Shown piece by piece: positions 1-11,820 of a DNA stretch of 64,000 nucleotides. Within the stretch, counting starts at the first letter, position 1, and the number at the start of each line of letters is the position of its first letter. Source of the stretch: Asterias rubens (Eukaryota). Location: positions 17,236,001 through 17,300,000 of the forward strand of contig NC_047069.1 of the NCBI RefSeq assembly GCF_902459465.1, given 5' to 3'. A program made the position numbers and the translations under genes. The notes beneath the pieces were generated by a model. The model ran no database searches and was not told where the DNA came from. It was given only the letters and a program-made list of their open reading frames with translations.

Positions 1-63
1 AAGTTAGAACCTATAAAACCTTAAATGTTCATTATTTGCAGTTATAAGGATTTGTTTTCTTGG

Positions 64-345
64 TGTGTCATGGCTGAGCAGTCTAGTAGGACACTGTACT
101 CTACAGAATCAAGGCCTTGTCAGTCAAAACACTTGTGTCCTTCAGCAAGGCACTTTATCATAATTGCTTCTCTCCACCCATGAGTACAATGGATACTGTC
201 TGCGAGAGGTGGGAAAAGACTTCGATGGACTGGCATCCTGTCTAGTTAATAGAACAGAAATATTCTCAGCCGTTTAATGCCAAGGAAACCGGATGAAGCA
301 CCGGCCTGCTGATGAACAACATTGGCTCGGGACAGACTTCACCAT
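64..345 (+). mobile_element. tRNA-derived SINE in TBCK intron
   Basis: Starts GTGTCATGGCTGAGCAG (A-box-like); contains GTGTCCTTCAGCAAGGCACTT and GATGGACTGGCATCC..GGAAACCGG motifs typical of invertebrate SINE bodies; related head on the minus strand at ~63700-63790. Confidence 0.6.
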
Positions 346-401
346 GTTTACATTGTTTTATATCATGCAAAAGAAATTGCTATGTATTTTTTTTTCCTCA
401 C

Positions 402-594
402 CATGTTTGCCTCTAACAATGTCCACATACTGACAAAGTCTTGGGTGCGAGGACAACTTCAGTTTCTGCAGACGTCCCAGGATTTTGATGGAGTTTGGTG
501 TGAGTGGCAGACCATCTGTACCACACTGATCGTGTGCGTGGGCTGCAGCGTAGAACGTTGACACACCTAGATCTGCCTTACCCAAAGGCTGCAT
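402..594 (-). CDS. TBCK: TBC domain-containing protein kinase-like, first coding exon (gene continues off the left edge)
   Basis: Translates [64 protein letters not shown], matching the recalled TBCK N-terminus ([28 protein letters not shown]). ATG at 594; GTGAGG donor after 402; 193 nt, phase 1. Confidence 0.93.
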
Positions 595-1156
595 GGTTAG
601 ATTGCAGTGTTTGACTCCAGTATTGAATCTTTGGTCATTTGGTTTGCAGTTTGGTCTGATGGTAAAAACAAATAACATTTGATTTAAAATGGACAAAATA
701 ACAATTTGGTTTGTAGTTTGTCTGATTATAAAAACAAATAACATGATTTAAAATGGACAAAATAATAAATGGCTTGACATTTCGTCCCTTAGCACTTTGA
801 AGTTGGGATTATAATTATAGTTCTTGATCATAACAACAGTCAAAAGCAGGAGAGTTTAATATGATGAACCATTGGAATATTTATTGTAATTTTGTTTGCA
901 CCTTTTTTCGTTATTGTAAAAAAATATACCCACTTGTTTTAATGGCTTTTTGGCAAATTAATTATTAATAAAACAATAAAAACAGTAGTGAGAAAGTGTT
1001 TTCAAAGCAGAGGTAAACCACGTACACTGGAAAACTGAATGAAAATTGAAATGTTAAAATGAGATAGTCACTTTGTTCATTAAAGATAATTGATATTGGC
1101 AGACTGGGTTGCTCATAATCATATATGGTCCATATGGTAAAAACCTCTTACTTCTT

Positions 1157-1510
1157 GCAGTGGACACTATTGGTAATTACTCAAAATATTTATTAGCATA
1201 AAACCTTTCTTGATTACGAGTAATGGGGAGAGGTTGATAGTACAAAACATTGTGAGAAACAGCTCCCTCTGAAGTGACGTAGTTTTCAAGAAAGAAGTAA
1301 ATTTTCACAAATTTGATTTCGAGACCTCAGATTTAGAATTTGAGGTCTCGTAATCAAGAATCTGAAGGCACACAACTTTTTGTATCTCGCAACTTCGACG
1401 ACCCATAGAGCTCAAATTTTTACAGGTTTGTTATTTTATGCATATATGTTGAGATACACCAACTGGGAAGACTAGTCTTTGACAATTACCAATAGTGTCC
1501 AGTGTCTTAA
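1157..1510. mobile_element. Kolobok-like non-autonomous element (family A, TIR AGGCAGTGGACAC)
   Basis: GCAGTGGACACTATTGGTAATT...AATTACCAATAGTGTCCAGTGTC inverted ends; many copies in window; TTAA plus RR/YY termini in intact copies. Confidence 0.8.
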
Positions 1511-1611
1511 AGTTCTTGTCTTCTTAATTAATCATTCTTAATCTTAGTTGGTTAGTGCCACATGTATGTTCTAAGTTTTAGAACCTATAGAGTAAGTAAG
1601 AAGGGGAACCG

Positions 1612-1678
1612 GTCAACTCGGTCCCAAGTCAACTCGGTCCCAAGTCAACTCGGTCCCAAGTCAACTCGGACCCAAGAC
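1612..1678. repeat. 17-bp tandem repeat (GTCAACTCGGTCCCAAG), ~4 copies
   Basis: Directly visible; no spacers between units. Confidence 0.9.
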
Positions 1679-2207
1679 AGGGAAGCTTGCACGGGCGGGA
1701 GGGAGGGAGTGGGAGGGACCGCAACCCATGTTATTGTTGTTCTTTATTATCGACCACTGTCTCAAGTCTGTTTAATGGCGGACTGTCTCTCGCAACGTAA
1801 AAACCAAAACTTTAAAAATTTCAACACACCATAAAGTGCAAGTGTTATTGTTAAAAAATTGGATAGATGATTTGAAAAAAAAAACCATTTAGTTGTTGAT
1901 TGTGAACAATTTTACCATTATCCTACTGAAAACACACGACACCAGGATAGGTTGCTCTATGGATAATCAGATAATGGTGAGAGGATGGATGTGTGTGACG
2001 TACGTGTGGTGGGCGTTGATAAACCCAGTCAGTGATTTGGACATAAAGTAAACATTGTCAAAACAAAGCAGATTTTACTCCGTCTCAGCTCTGTGGAGGA
2101 CACACTCAAAACGGATTATACAACAAAAACACACTTGTTGACTTTGCTCTTGGGAAAATTTGAAGCTTACTTCTTTAATCAAACATAACAGAAAATAAAA
2201 AACTTAC

Positions 2208-2479
2208 AAGAATTTCCATTTTCCTCCTCCCGGCCGGCTTGATGATCGAAATGTTATGACAAGTCAACACATGAGGGCGCTGTTAACTTTATCTGCGTCA
2301 AAAGTACGCGGTAACCAGACTCTTGTAACGGGTTTATTCTGTACTTGATATAAACGTACCATACTGACGGTATTCTTCGAGATTGGGTGAATTTTCACTT
2401 CGTTCTCCCGTTTTTGAGGCCAAACAAAATCATATTCTGAAGGCGTCACACAGTTTGGTCTTGGACGTACAAATCGGAG
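2208..2479. promoter_or_regulatory. Putative bidirectional promoter with divergent non-coding first exons (TBCK minus, FLYWCH-MULE gene 1 plus)
   Basis: Minus-strand donor GTAAGT (ACTTAC at 2202-2207) and plus-strand donor GAG|GTAACA at 2479/2480 flank a CpG-containing island; transcript evidence absent. Confidence 0.55.
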
Positions 2480-3232
2480 GTAACATTAAACGTATTCTTA
2501 GTCTTAATTTACGTTGTAAATCCCTTTTTTATTTCAAATTCTTACTTTATTTCCAAAATTAAAAGTCACCTTTTTGGTTTGCAGTTTCTTTCCTGTGCAG
2601 CAGGATATCTGAAATTCGTTAAAAGGGTGAAACAGTGGGCGTGACTGGGTGGGGGGTAACCTTGAAGTTGTTGGGAGACTTCATATTAAATTAATGGGAA
2701 AAGTTTCCGCATGGCGCCGCCAGTTTTTCATTCAATATGAAAAAATATAGTAGGCCTATCTAATTTACCAATGTCAATGAGATCTAGCCCTTGTAAAAAT
2801 GAGTGAAAAAATGGTGGCGCCATAGCAAATAGGGGTATGGTAATTTATCCTAAAAAATGTTTGACTTCTGCATGATGCGACATAAGGTTTATCGCGAATT
2901 GCAAAATATCAAGAGAGGGCGCTGTTAAACCCAAACAAAAGATATAAATAAGCATCAAACATACATCAGGGTAGTTGAACATGTCATTTTGACCCCTCTG
3001 CCTACCCACAACGCATTGCGGTTCCACATCGTGATAAACCTAAAGAGCACAACCTGACATGCCTTTGCAGTTTGTTCTAGTTTTATTGCGCTTTACCACT
3101 CTGGCATATTCACATAAATGGTTTTATTTGTCTGATTTTGGTTTTGAAGCAAGAAAAATGTAAAACAGTTGTCCAGTCCTCAGAGTAAGTACAGTAGTTT
3201 AGTAGTTATCAATCTGTCCTGCAGTGTAGTAT

Positions 3233-3933
3233 ATATGTTGGGCGCGATCGGTCAATCTGCGCGATCAACCGATCGCGCTGCGCTATTGAAAGATCAAATT
3301 GGTCCCACAGCAATCGGTCGATCGCGCAACAACCGGTCGATCGCGCAACAACCGGTCGATCCGGCAACAATCGGTCGATCGCACAATGAACATCTTTGCG
3401 CGATCTACGGATCGTGCAGGAACGGGTTTGGGCGATCGACCGATAGTGCAGGAAAAGTTTTGCGCGATCAACCGATCGTGCAGGAAAAGATAAGCGCGAT
3501 CTAGTGATCGTGCATGAACAGTAGGTTTGCGCGATCGACCGATCGTGCAGGAATGGTTTGGTTTTCAATATCACCATCGTGATTGTGCAAAACCATTCCT
3601 GCACAATCGGTCGATCAAGCAAAACTATTCCTGCACAATCGGCCGATCGCGCAAAACCATTCCTGCACAATCGGTCGATCAAGCAAAACCATTCCTGCAC
3701 AATCGGTGTTGCGCAAAACCATTCCTGCACAATCGGCTGATCGCGCAAAACCATTCCTGCACAATTGGCCGATCGCGCAAAGCCTTTCCTGCACAATCGG
3801 CCGATCGCGCAGAGCCATTCCCGCACGATCGGTTGATCGCGTATGTTTGTTGCCGAATGTAGCGCAGCGCGATCGGTCGATAGCGCAGCGCGATTGGTTG
3901 ATCGCGCAGATTGACTGATAGCGCCCAACATAT
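3233..3933. mobile_element. Foldback/MITE-like element with long TIRs and internal ~40-bp CGATCG-rich subrepeats in opposite orientations
   Basis: ATATGTTGGGCGCGATCGGTCAATCTGCGCGATC at 3233 is the near reverse complement of 3880-3933; GATCGTGCAGGAA units on the left vs TTCCTGCACAATC units on the right. Confidence 0.8.
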
Positions 3934-4408
3934 CTGCATTCACAGCATGTAGTTGTAACAGTACACCACAGTCGCTTCCAAGTTACAAATTACAAACTTG
4001 TCAAATCGCTAAGCCTACGTCAAAAGCAATGAGAAATGAGATACTTTTGAGATTGTACGTCACAGTAGACTTACCATGTGAATCTATTGCTGTGTGTCAT
4101 TATTATGTAAATAATTAAAAAATTACTTGTACCAACTTCTTAAAGCTGCTGTGCTGAAACACAAAATGAAGCTAAGCACAGCAGAAGTTGCCAGCCAAAA
4201 TACCAGTGACATTGCTGTGTGATTGGTATCCTGCTTATTTTTGGTTTTCGCAGAAACTTCCTTCGAAGGCAGCATTTGCTACTTAAGCAACTCTATGAAA
4301 AAAGGTACCGCCACATACTGTCTCAAAATCTCCAGTTATAAGGGATTTGTACTTAACTTCTGTATAAATTTTTCTACTTGTTCGTAGGTAGCTGTTGGAT
4401 GAAGCCAA

Positions 4409-4894
4409 ATGGATTGCATTGCCGGTTGTAAAATGGAAACCGAAGTTGCTGCCAGCTCCATCGCAATTGACATTCTCCAAGCTGAGGTTGATCTTCATCT
4501 TGGACCACAAGAAAACATCATCGAGACAGTCGTTGAGACATTGGAAGACCACCTCATTGAGACAACTGAAACCTTAGAGGATGCTGAGGCGTCGTCTGAT
4601 GATGTAGTCAGAGACAAGGGTGAGACGTCAATAACCCAGGAGCTCTCTGATGGGTTTAAGATCATCCAGTCCCAGAGGAACAGAAGGAAGTTGATGGATG
4701 GGGAGGGCTTCACATACACCCTAAAGAAGGAGAGCGAAAATAAGGTTTTCTGGAGGTGCTCTGTTCGTAATAAGAATATGTGCTGCCGAGCAACAGTCAT
4801 CCAGAATGGTGATTCATTCAAAAAGGGTAATCATGCTCACCTTCATGGTCTGGAGGTAGCCAAAAGATCCAGCAGAAAGAAAATTTCTTTTGAG
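4409..4894 (+). CDS. FLYWCH-MULE-derived gene 1, coding exon 1 (acidic N-terminus plus FLYWCH zinc finger 1)
   Basis: LMDGEGFTY..WRC..C..HAHLH FLYWCH pattern; acceptor TTCGTAG at 4387; in-frame stop upstream of ATG 4409; donor GAG|GTAAGT; 486 nt, phase 0. Confidence 0.85.
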
Positions 4895-5039
4895 GTAAGT
4901 GTACTTTTTCTATTAACTTCATTACACAGGGATGTGATTTCCGTAGTTTTAAAACGGGATTCTGTTTTTTGTTTTCCTCAAAAAAAGAAATTCCTTTGAA
5001 AGATAAAATTCTAAAAGAAACGGAGATACATGTACCTAT

Positions 5040-5228
5040 TTAAGGCAGTGGACACTATTGGTAAATACTCAAAATGATTATTATCATAAAACCTTACTTG
5101 GTAGCGAGTAATGGGGAGAGGTTGATAGTATAAAACATTGTGAGAAACAGCTCCCTCTGAAGTGGAGTAGTTTTCGTGAAAGAAGTAATTTTCCACGAAT
5201 TTGATTTCGAGACCTCAGATTTAGAATT
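5040..5228. mobile_element. Truncated Kolobok-like family A MITE (left half)
   Basis: TTAAGGCAGTGGACACTATTGG start; homologous to the 1157-1510 copy. Confidence 0.75.
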
Positions 5229-6595
5229 CCAGTTGGGCTGAAAACACGGGCAAAAATTTGATGCACGGCTTGGGTGAAGCCAGGCTGTATAATAATTTAA
5301 GTGAAAATTACTGAACTTCTTTTATTTTATTTTTTTTTTGAACAGTTTAAACAGCAGTGAGTAAAATTAGATTTGGTTTTACCAGATTTCCTTCTTCTTT
5401 TTGAATCAAAATTTCAACGACGCAACCATAAAACAATCACTCGAAGTTGCCTCGAAAACGCTGACCACATTGCGACCACACAAAACACAACGCACAAACC
5501 ACCACACATTACACAACGCACGTGCAAATTACACAACGCAAGCGAGACACGCAGACTTCGTTTTAACAGTCAGTCGTCGTCATCGACCGTCATCAGCAGG
5601 CAGCATGAACTCCATGCACACGTGGTATGATGATAGAGGCGACTTCACACGCGTTTTCGTTCAGATTATTTTAGGTACCAATCTCATCTCCACGATCCTA
5701 CAAACCATCGCGCTCTGGATTTTTCTACTATGACGTCAGTATCGGTAACTAAGTGACACGCGGGGCAGTGCACCTTTTACCGCATACATTCTGCAGTTGC
5801 TTTGTAGATTGGTTTTGCTGTAGGGGGGATAGACCTCCCAAATTTATTTTTCAATGGAACTACTTAAATGGCACTGTCTTCCGTAACTGTTTGTTCTTTA
5901 TTCTCTGCAGACTGTTTACAAATTGCCTTTGACCCAGTTTCAACAAACAACCTATAAGACTTAAACGTTATGAAACCAAAACATATACATGTACTAAGGA
6001 AAATATTAATTACCATGATCAGTCAGTTTAAATTAAGCAAACAATTATGGTACATGTAAATCACTCTTGGCATTTTGATTGGTTGCAAATACTTGTGTGA
6101 ATCATTATTTTACATTAATTAATTGATTTGTTTAAATTAAATACAAAAACTATTATCAGCTTCTTGACCTTAGGCCTATAGTTCTGAAATCGAATGGACA
6201 AGAATGGATAGAAAATTAACATTAGTAAATGATAACTCTTAATTTCTTCAATACCTCTTCATTTTTTTTTTTAGTCTTTAAGCAAAAATGTGTATCAAGA
6301 GTAACACATGCCAACAAATATTTTGTTGACAGCAACCTTGTACTGCATTATTTGATCGCTTTTGAATCATTTCAGGCTAAATGGGTCCAAGCGCAGCTCC
6401 ATGGTCCAAGTAACTGCTTTGAACTGGCCTATTGACCCAGACACATTTTATAGAGTTTAATAATGTATAGTGGACGTCGATCACCTTTACAATATCTGTG
6501 CTCTAATTTTCGAGTTGAAAACAAAACAAAAATTAAATCAAAATAGTTTACTTGTAACAGAAATAGGTACCAGAAATGCTTCCAGGGCCCTTAAG

Positions 6596-6640
6596 AGGGT
6601 GGGGGGGGGGGGGGGGGGGGGTTGGGGGGGGGGGGGGGGG
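6596..6640. repeat. Poly-G tract
   Basis: ~40 nt nearly pure G. Confidence 0.95.
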
Positions 6641-6776
6641 TGAGACAGACTTGGCGCTGCGCGCTCGTGTTGTGTGCTACGCACACGTTTCTATTTTTTT
6701 GTAGTGATTTTAGGTTGCACTCCCACTTTTTCAGTTTGCACTCCCACTTTCCAAATTCCTGGCTAAGACACTGATT

Positions 6777-6972
6777 CCAGGTCTCAAAATCAAGCATCTG
6801 AAAGCACACAACTTCATATGACAAGAGTATTTTTTCTTTTCATTATTGTCTCGCAACTTCGACGACCAATCGAGCTCAAGTTTTCACAGGTTTGTTATTT
6901 TATGCACATGTTGAGATACACCAAGTGAGAAGACTGGTCTTGACAATTACTAATAGTGTCCAGGGTCTTTAA
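6777..6972. mobile_element. Truncated Kolobok-like family A MITE (right half)
   Basis: Ends AATAGTGTCCAGGGTCTTTAA. Confidence 0.75.
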
Positions 6973-7550
6973 CCATTTAATACTGCCCAGGACTGCAGAG
7001 TGAGGCTTTAAAAACTAATGATAAATGTTAATAATTGGGCTTCATCCTTTCAAAATTTCTAGCTCGCTTTGCGCTCAGAGTTTTGTTTCTTTTCTCAACA
7101 GCCTATCAAATCCCTGAATATGTCAGAATGCGTCAGAGGTTTTATGAGCTTTAATAGTCAAAAAATATTTTTGTGATTAAGATTTTAGATTTCCCAATAG
7201 AAAATTGGGGAAATTATAATTTTCTAGTTAGAGACTTAACCTCACATTAAAATGGTGTAAAATGGTGTAAAATGCAATTTTGTCTGCCGTCATGTGTAGT
7301 TTTTTTTTATTTTACCAAAAACGTTTGATCAGATAACACATCACATAAATTAAATATATGGTCTGTACATTTAATGTACTGGGGAAATGTCAGTTCATAT
7401 CGATACCAAACAACTATAAATTTGAGCTTATGACTGGCATAGATATTCATTTTTTGAATAATACAGACATATGTGTTTTTGCAGTTTGCTGTAAATAAAA
7501 AAAACATTAAACAAAATAATAAAATCTTTTTTCTTCTTTTTGTAATTCAG

Positions 7551-9047
7551 AAATTGGGATTAACCAAGATAAAACGAGAGTCCACCAAGAATATTTTGAC
7601 GTTCCAACCTCAAGCCACTGATGGCCAAGCGCTATACGATGGACAGACTGATGAGACAGAACAAGGAGGAGGTTACACCATCATACGGAGTTCATCCCAG
7701 AGACTTCATCCCAGATTGATTGACGATGCGGGCTACACCTACACCATGAAGTCAAAAGGCAGTGAAAAAACACAGTGGAGATGTTCCGTACGAAACAAGA
7801 CCACATACTGCCGGGCGACAGTCATACAGCAAGGTAAAAACTTCAAGAAGGGGGCATTTGTGCATATTCACCCGGGCAATCCAGGACGTCATATGGTAGA
7901 GAAGATTATTGCTCAAGTTAAGACCAATGCCAAGCTGAAACCATTTCAGCCGGCAAGCAATATCGTAAATGAAGTACTCACTGCAAATGTTGGCAACCGA
8001 GAACTCCCTGGCATGCCGCATCCTACTAATCTTGCTCGTGCTGCCAATCGCATGAGGCAAAGAGTTCAAGGAAAAGGTCTTGACTTCCAAGATGGCTTAG
8101 TCCCAGAGGACTTTGTGAAGAGAGTTGTCAACCGCGGGAAGAAATGCCATTTTCTACTGGCCACCAATAACCAGTTACAAATTCTCTCCCACATGACACA
8201 GTGGTACATAGATGTAAACACAAAGATCGTGAACTCACCTTTTAAGTTGCTGTTGTCCGTGCATGGCTTTGTGAAGAAAAATCACCAAGCCAAAGTTGTG
8301 CCATTGTTCTTTGCGCTAATGTCTGGCAAAAAGCGAAAGGACTTCACAACTGTGTTTAATGCGTTGACAGAGTTAATTCCAGATGGTATCCGTGTGACAG
8401 AGTGCATGCTTGACTATGATACCAATTTGTGGAGGGGCCTTAATGACGCCATCCCAAATCTAGAATGTGTTGGTAGCGCCTACCATTGGATCCAGACCAT
8501 TTGGGGTAACATTAAAGCCTTTGGGCTTCATCTGAGTTACCTAGAAGATCCCAAGGTGTTTAAGCTGATGAGGAAACTCATGGCCCTACCATTCATCCCA
8601 GCTGAACTCGTACCAGAGATGCTCACAAAGCTACAGCAGAAGGCCACCACAGGGTTAGTGCATCAACTCCTGAACTACGTTGAGGCAACGTGGGTTGAAG
8701 GTGATAAGTGCCTGTGGTCACCATCAGCATGGAGTGTGTACATGCAGCCGTATCGAACATGCAACGACCTTCACAACTGGCATGACCGTCTGAGCAAAAT
8801 AGGCAAGAAAGGACGTCTTCCGCTGAGTGCCTTGGTGCTACAGTTGTATGGTGAAGCTAAGGTAGCATTGCAGGTTATGATCATATACGATGGGGTCCAG
8901 AAGAGGCCTCAGGAGGAATCTAACAAGGCTGTACAGAATAAAACCTCAAGATATTGGGACGATTATCAGCAACAAAGGAAGTCATTAAAACATCTCCTGA
9001 AAGCTTGTGCTGCCACTGTGGTTGACGAAGGTTATGTTGAAAACTAA
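7551..9047 (+). CDS. FLYWCH-MULE-derived gene 1, coding exon 2 (FLYWCH 2 plus MULE transposase-like domain); joined protein ~660 aa
   Basis: Acceptor TTTGTAATTCAG at 7550, phase 0, in frame with exon 4409-4894. MULE-like motifs WYIDVNT, LDYD, GSAYHWIQ, RTCNDLHNWH; ORF intact. Confidence 0.88.
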   Translation, partial: KLGLTKIKRESTKNILTFQPQATDGQALYDGQTDETEQGGGYTIIRSSSQRLHPRLIDDAGYTYTMKSKGSEKTQWRCSVRNKTTYCRATVIQQGKNFKKGAFVHIHPGNPGRHMVEKIIAQVKTNAKLKPFQPASNIVNEVLTANVGNRELPGMPHPTNLARAANRMRQRVQGKGLDFQDGLVPEDFVKRVVNRGKKCHFLLATNNQLQILSHMTQWYIDVNTKIVNSPFKLLLSVHGFVKKNHQAKVVPLFFALMSGKKRKDFTTVFNALTELIPDGIRVTECMLDYDTNLWRGLNDAIPNLECVGSAYHWIQTIWGNIKAFGLHLSYLEDPKVFKLMRKLMALPFIPAELVPEMLTKLQQKATTGLVHQLLNYVEATWVEGDKCLWSPSAWSVYMQPYRTCNDLHNWHDRLSKIGKKGRLPLSALVLQLYGEAKVALQVMIIYDGVQKRPQEESNKAVQNKTSRYWDDYQQQRKSLKHLLKACAATVVDEGYVEN

Positions 9048-9339
9048 ACCATACCTTGTTGTTATTTACCATCTATCTATCAGAAGAAATGATTTCAAAC
9101 ATAGGATTCTTTTCCTTGTTTCAGATAAACAGTGTACAGTTTTCATGGAATAAAACGGTGTCAAGTTCTACAATAGACCTTAATTTCCCAAATACTTGGT
9201 ACGCTAGCATTGGGCGTGGAATGAGGTGCATGCTGGTCTACCTAGCAGTCAAGTTTGATCGCTAGCTAGACAAGCTTGCACCTCATTCAAATGTTATCGC
9301 TTGCGAAAAGGTTTTATGTTTATCAGGATGATCATACTT

Positions 9340-9728
9340 TTAAAGCCATTAGACACTTTCGGAACAGAATTTTTTTTTTTTAGTTCACAGTTTTACAAAT
9401 AACTTACAGGGTTTACAAAAGTTAATGGTGAAAGACTTCTCTTGAAATATTTTCTCCGTTTCTCCATGAAATGCTTTACTTTTTGAGAAAACATTAAAAC
9501 AATATCAATTCTCGATATCGAGAATTACGGATTTATTTTAAACACATGTCATGACACGGCAAAACGTGCGGAAACAAGGGTGGGTTTTCCCGTTATTTTC
9601 TCCCGACTCCGATGACAATTGAGCCTAAATTTTCACAGGTTTGTTATTTTATATATACATGTAAGTTGTGTTACACGAAGTTTGGGCCTTGGACAATACT
9701 GTTTACCGAAAGTGTCCAATGGCTTTAA
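9340..9728. mobile_element. Kolobok-like MITE family B (TIR AGCCATTGGACACTTTCGG), abutting a further element (9725-~10054) at a shared TTAA
   Basis: TTAAAGCCATTAGACACTTTCGG...CCGAAAGTGTCCAATGGCTTTAA, then AGGGTCTTGGTAC begins at the same TTAA. Confidence 0.82.
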
Positions 9729-11384
9729 AGGGTCTTGGTACTTTTTGCAGGACACAAAACCAATGTCTACAGATTAACATCAAACTCACATAGTTTGTAA
9801 AAAACATTACTTCCCGAGGTCCTGTAGTTTTGAGAAGTTAAGTCGCGAAAATAGTTTTCCTCTCAGGAGTTGAACATTATGTTTGCATGTTAAACATATT
9901 TTTGTGACATTGTTTACTCGTTTCTCAAAAACTACAGCACCCCAGCAAGTAATATTTTAAGGGAAGCCTTCTAACATTATCTTCAAACTGTAAAAGTTTA
10001 ATGTAACTCTCTGGACATTGGGTTTTGTGTTATAAAAAGTACACCAATCCTGAAAAACCTGGTAGAACAATACATCACATGAATTTAAATTGTAGTATTT
10101 ATGTGCCAGTGCATGTCATCATGTGAGAGGTTGTCTTTATATATTTGTAAAGTACCTTGCAAAAGCAACCACAGTTTGTGATGCTTCATTCTTAAAAGAT
10201 TGAGGACACCAGTGCGTTTTCTCAAAGGCACCTCTGTGAAGAAATCGTATATACCAGTACATGTATTTCTGTTGGAATGTTTGCTGGGGCACCAAGGCAA
10301 TGACCAGGGACATTGTTACCGCCTTGAAGCATCAGGTCTGCCTTACAGTAGCTCATTGGTAAACAATGATACTCCCTTGGTGAAACAACTGAAATCGTTA
10401 AACTTAATTATTCTTTGACATGTACATAAGACAAGTTTTGTTATTATTTTTGTTTGTTGATCTGAGCCCAATTGCATTAACACTCAAAAGCTCTTCTAAC
10501 TGCAGAATTAGGTTGTTACGCGCCGTTTGAAAAAAAACATCATTCTATTGCTGTAAGCGCAGATTTTTCGCAGTAAGCAGAGGGATGAAGTTTGACCCTG
10601 TTTACTTCAGTAAATCAAGAAGATCATTAAAATTGCCTTCAAGATCGGGTCAAAACCCCAATAGGGTAGATTACTTTTTAAAGTTTTCCTATTTTTATTT
10701 CAAGGGTCAGATACCATGTGTGGATGTATTTTGCTTAATATTTGTCACTCTCTCTGCACATATACATTATATGTAGACTAAAGGAGATTTTGATCTGTGC
10801 TGATATGCCTGAAAAATAATCTCATGCCTGAATGGCAACAAAGATGTTACTGTTTGATTTTAAATTGTATATACATGCCTGGAATTTCATCTTTGAGTTG
10901 GCAAGAGCATTGTAATTTTGCAAAGGGCTAGTTCCATTGGAAAATGTCCAAGCTAAACGTATGGTAAAAACTATTGAAGGGGCACCAAGGCCAAGATCAG
11001 GGCAACAGAGGCAATGTCTGTCTTTATCGTATAAAAGTATTAAAACGTTCAACTTTTTTTTCTGAAAATATGATTGTTTCAAACCTGCTTGGAATATACA
11101 TGTACAATACAAGCATACTACAGATGATTAATTTAAACGAGTGTGATTCTTGTTATGAAGTATTATTGTATTGCTATTAGTTTGTGATCAATAACTGTAA
11201 AGAGTTTACACAAGTTAGCACCGCTCGGATTTGTAAAATATATACATGTAGCACCTAGCACCTAGTTTTTGTACAGATGTACAGAAGAGATATGAGGAAT
11301 TAAAAGCTTGGTTTAAAGGGAAACTTTGCAGCTGTTTTGTTGTCTATAAGCCTATTTATCAAAACATTTTCTAGGTTTAAAAAG

Positions 11385-11820
11385 TTGATTTTTAGCTGGA
11401 TTTGAACCTGAAACTTCTGTTTTTATAAGTAGATGCTCTACCAACTGAGCTTTATCTATAGACTGAATATTTGTGGTATCCCTATGTTTGTGGTTGCCAA
11501 CCTCTGTATTTACATGTAGGTGCTCTACCAACTGAGCTTCATTATTGGTGGTATCCCTATGTTTGTGGTTGCCAACCTCTGTATTTACATGTAGGTGCTC
11601 TACCAACTGAGCTTCATTATTGGTGGTATCCCTATGTTTGTGGTTGCCAACCACTGTATTTACATGTAGGTGCTCTACCAACTGAGCTTCATTATTTGTG
11701 GTCTCCCTATGTTTGTGGTTGCCAACCACTGTATTTACATGTAGGTGCTCTACCAACTGAGCTTCATTATTGGTGGTCTCTCTATATTTGTGGTTGCCAG
11801 TCGGAAGCCATTCAAGCTGT
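11385..11820 (-). repeat. tRNA-SINE head with internal 75-bp tandem amplification (~4.5 units)
   Basis: Each unit contains AGCTCAGTTGGTAGAGCA (A-box) on the minus strand; a single GGTTCAAATCC B-box at ~11398-11408. Confidence 0.8.

Noticed and set aside
3169-3943. Many overlapping ORFs on both strands
   Set aside because: By-product of a stop-poor palindromic repeat; no domain or splice support. The same applies to ORFs at 11352-11873, 17468-17914 and 48428-48825.
7473-9047. Active autonomous Mutator transposon
   Set aside because: Catalytic E and CxxH cysteine replaced, spliced to an upstream exon, and no TIR/TSD noticed.
1612-11820. CRISPR-like arrays (17-bp, 40-bp and 75-bp repeats)
   Set aside because: Units are contiguous with no unique spacers, there are no cas genes, and the context is eukaryotic.
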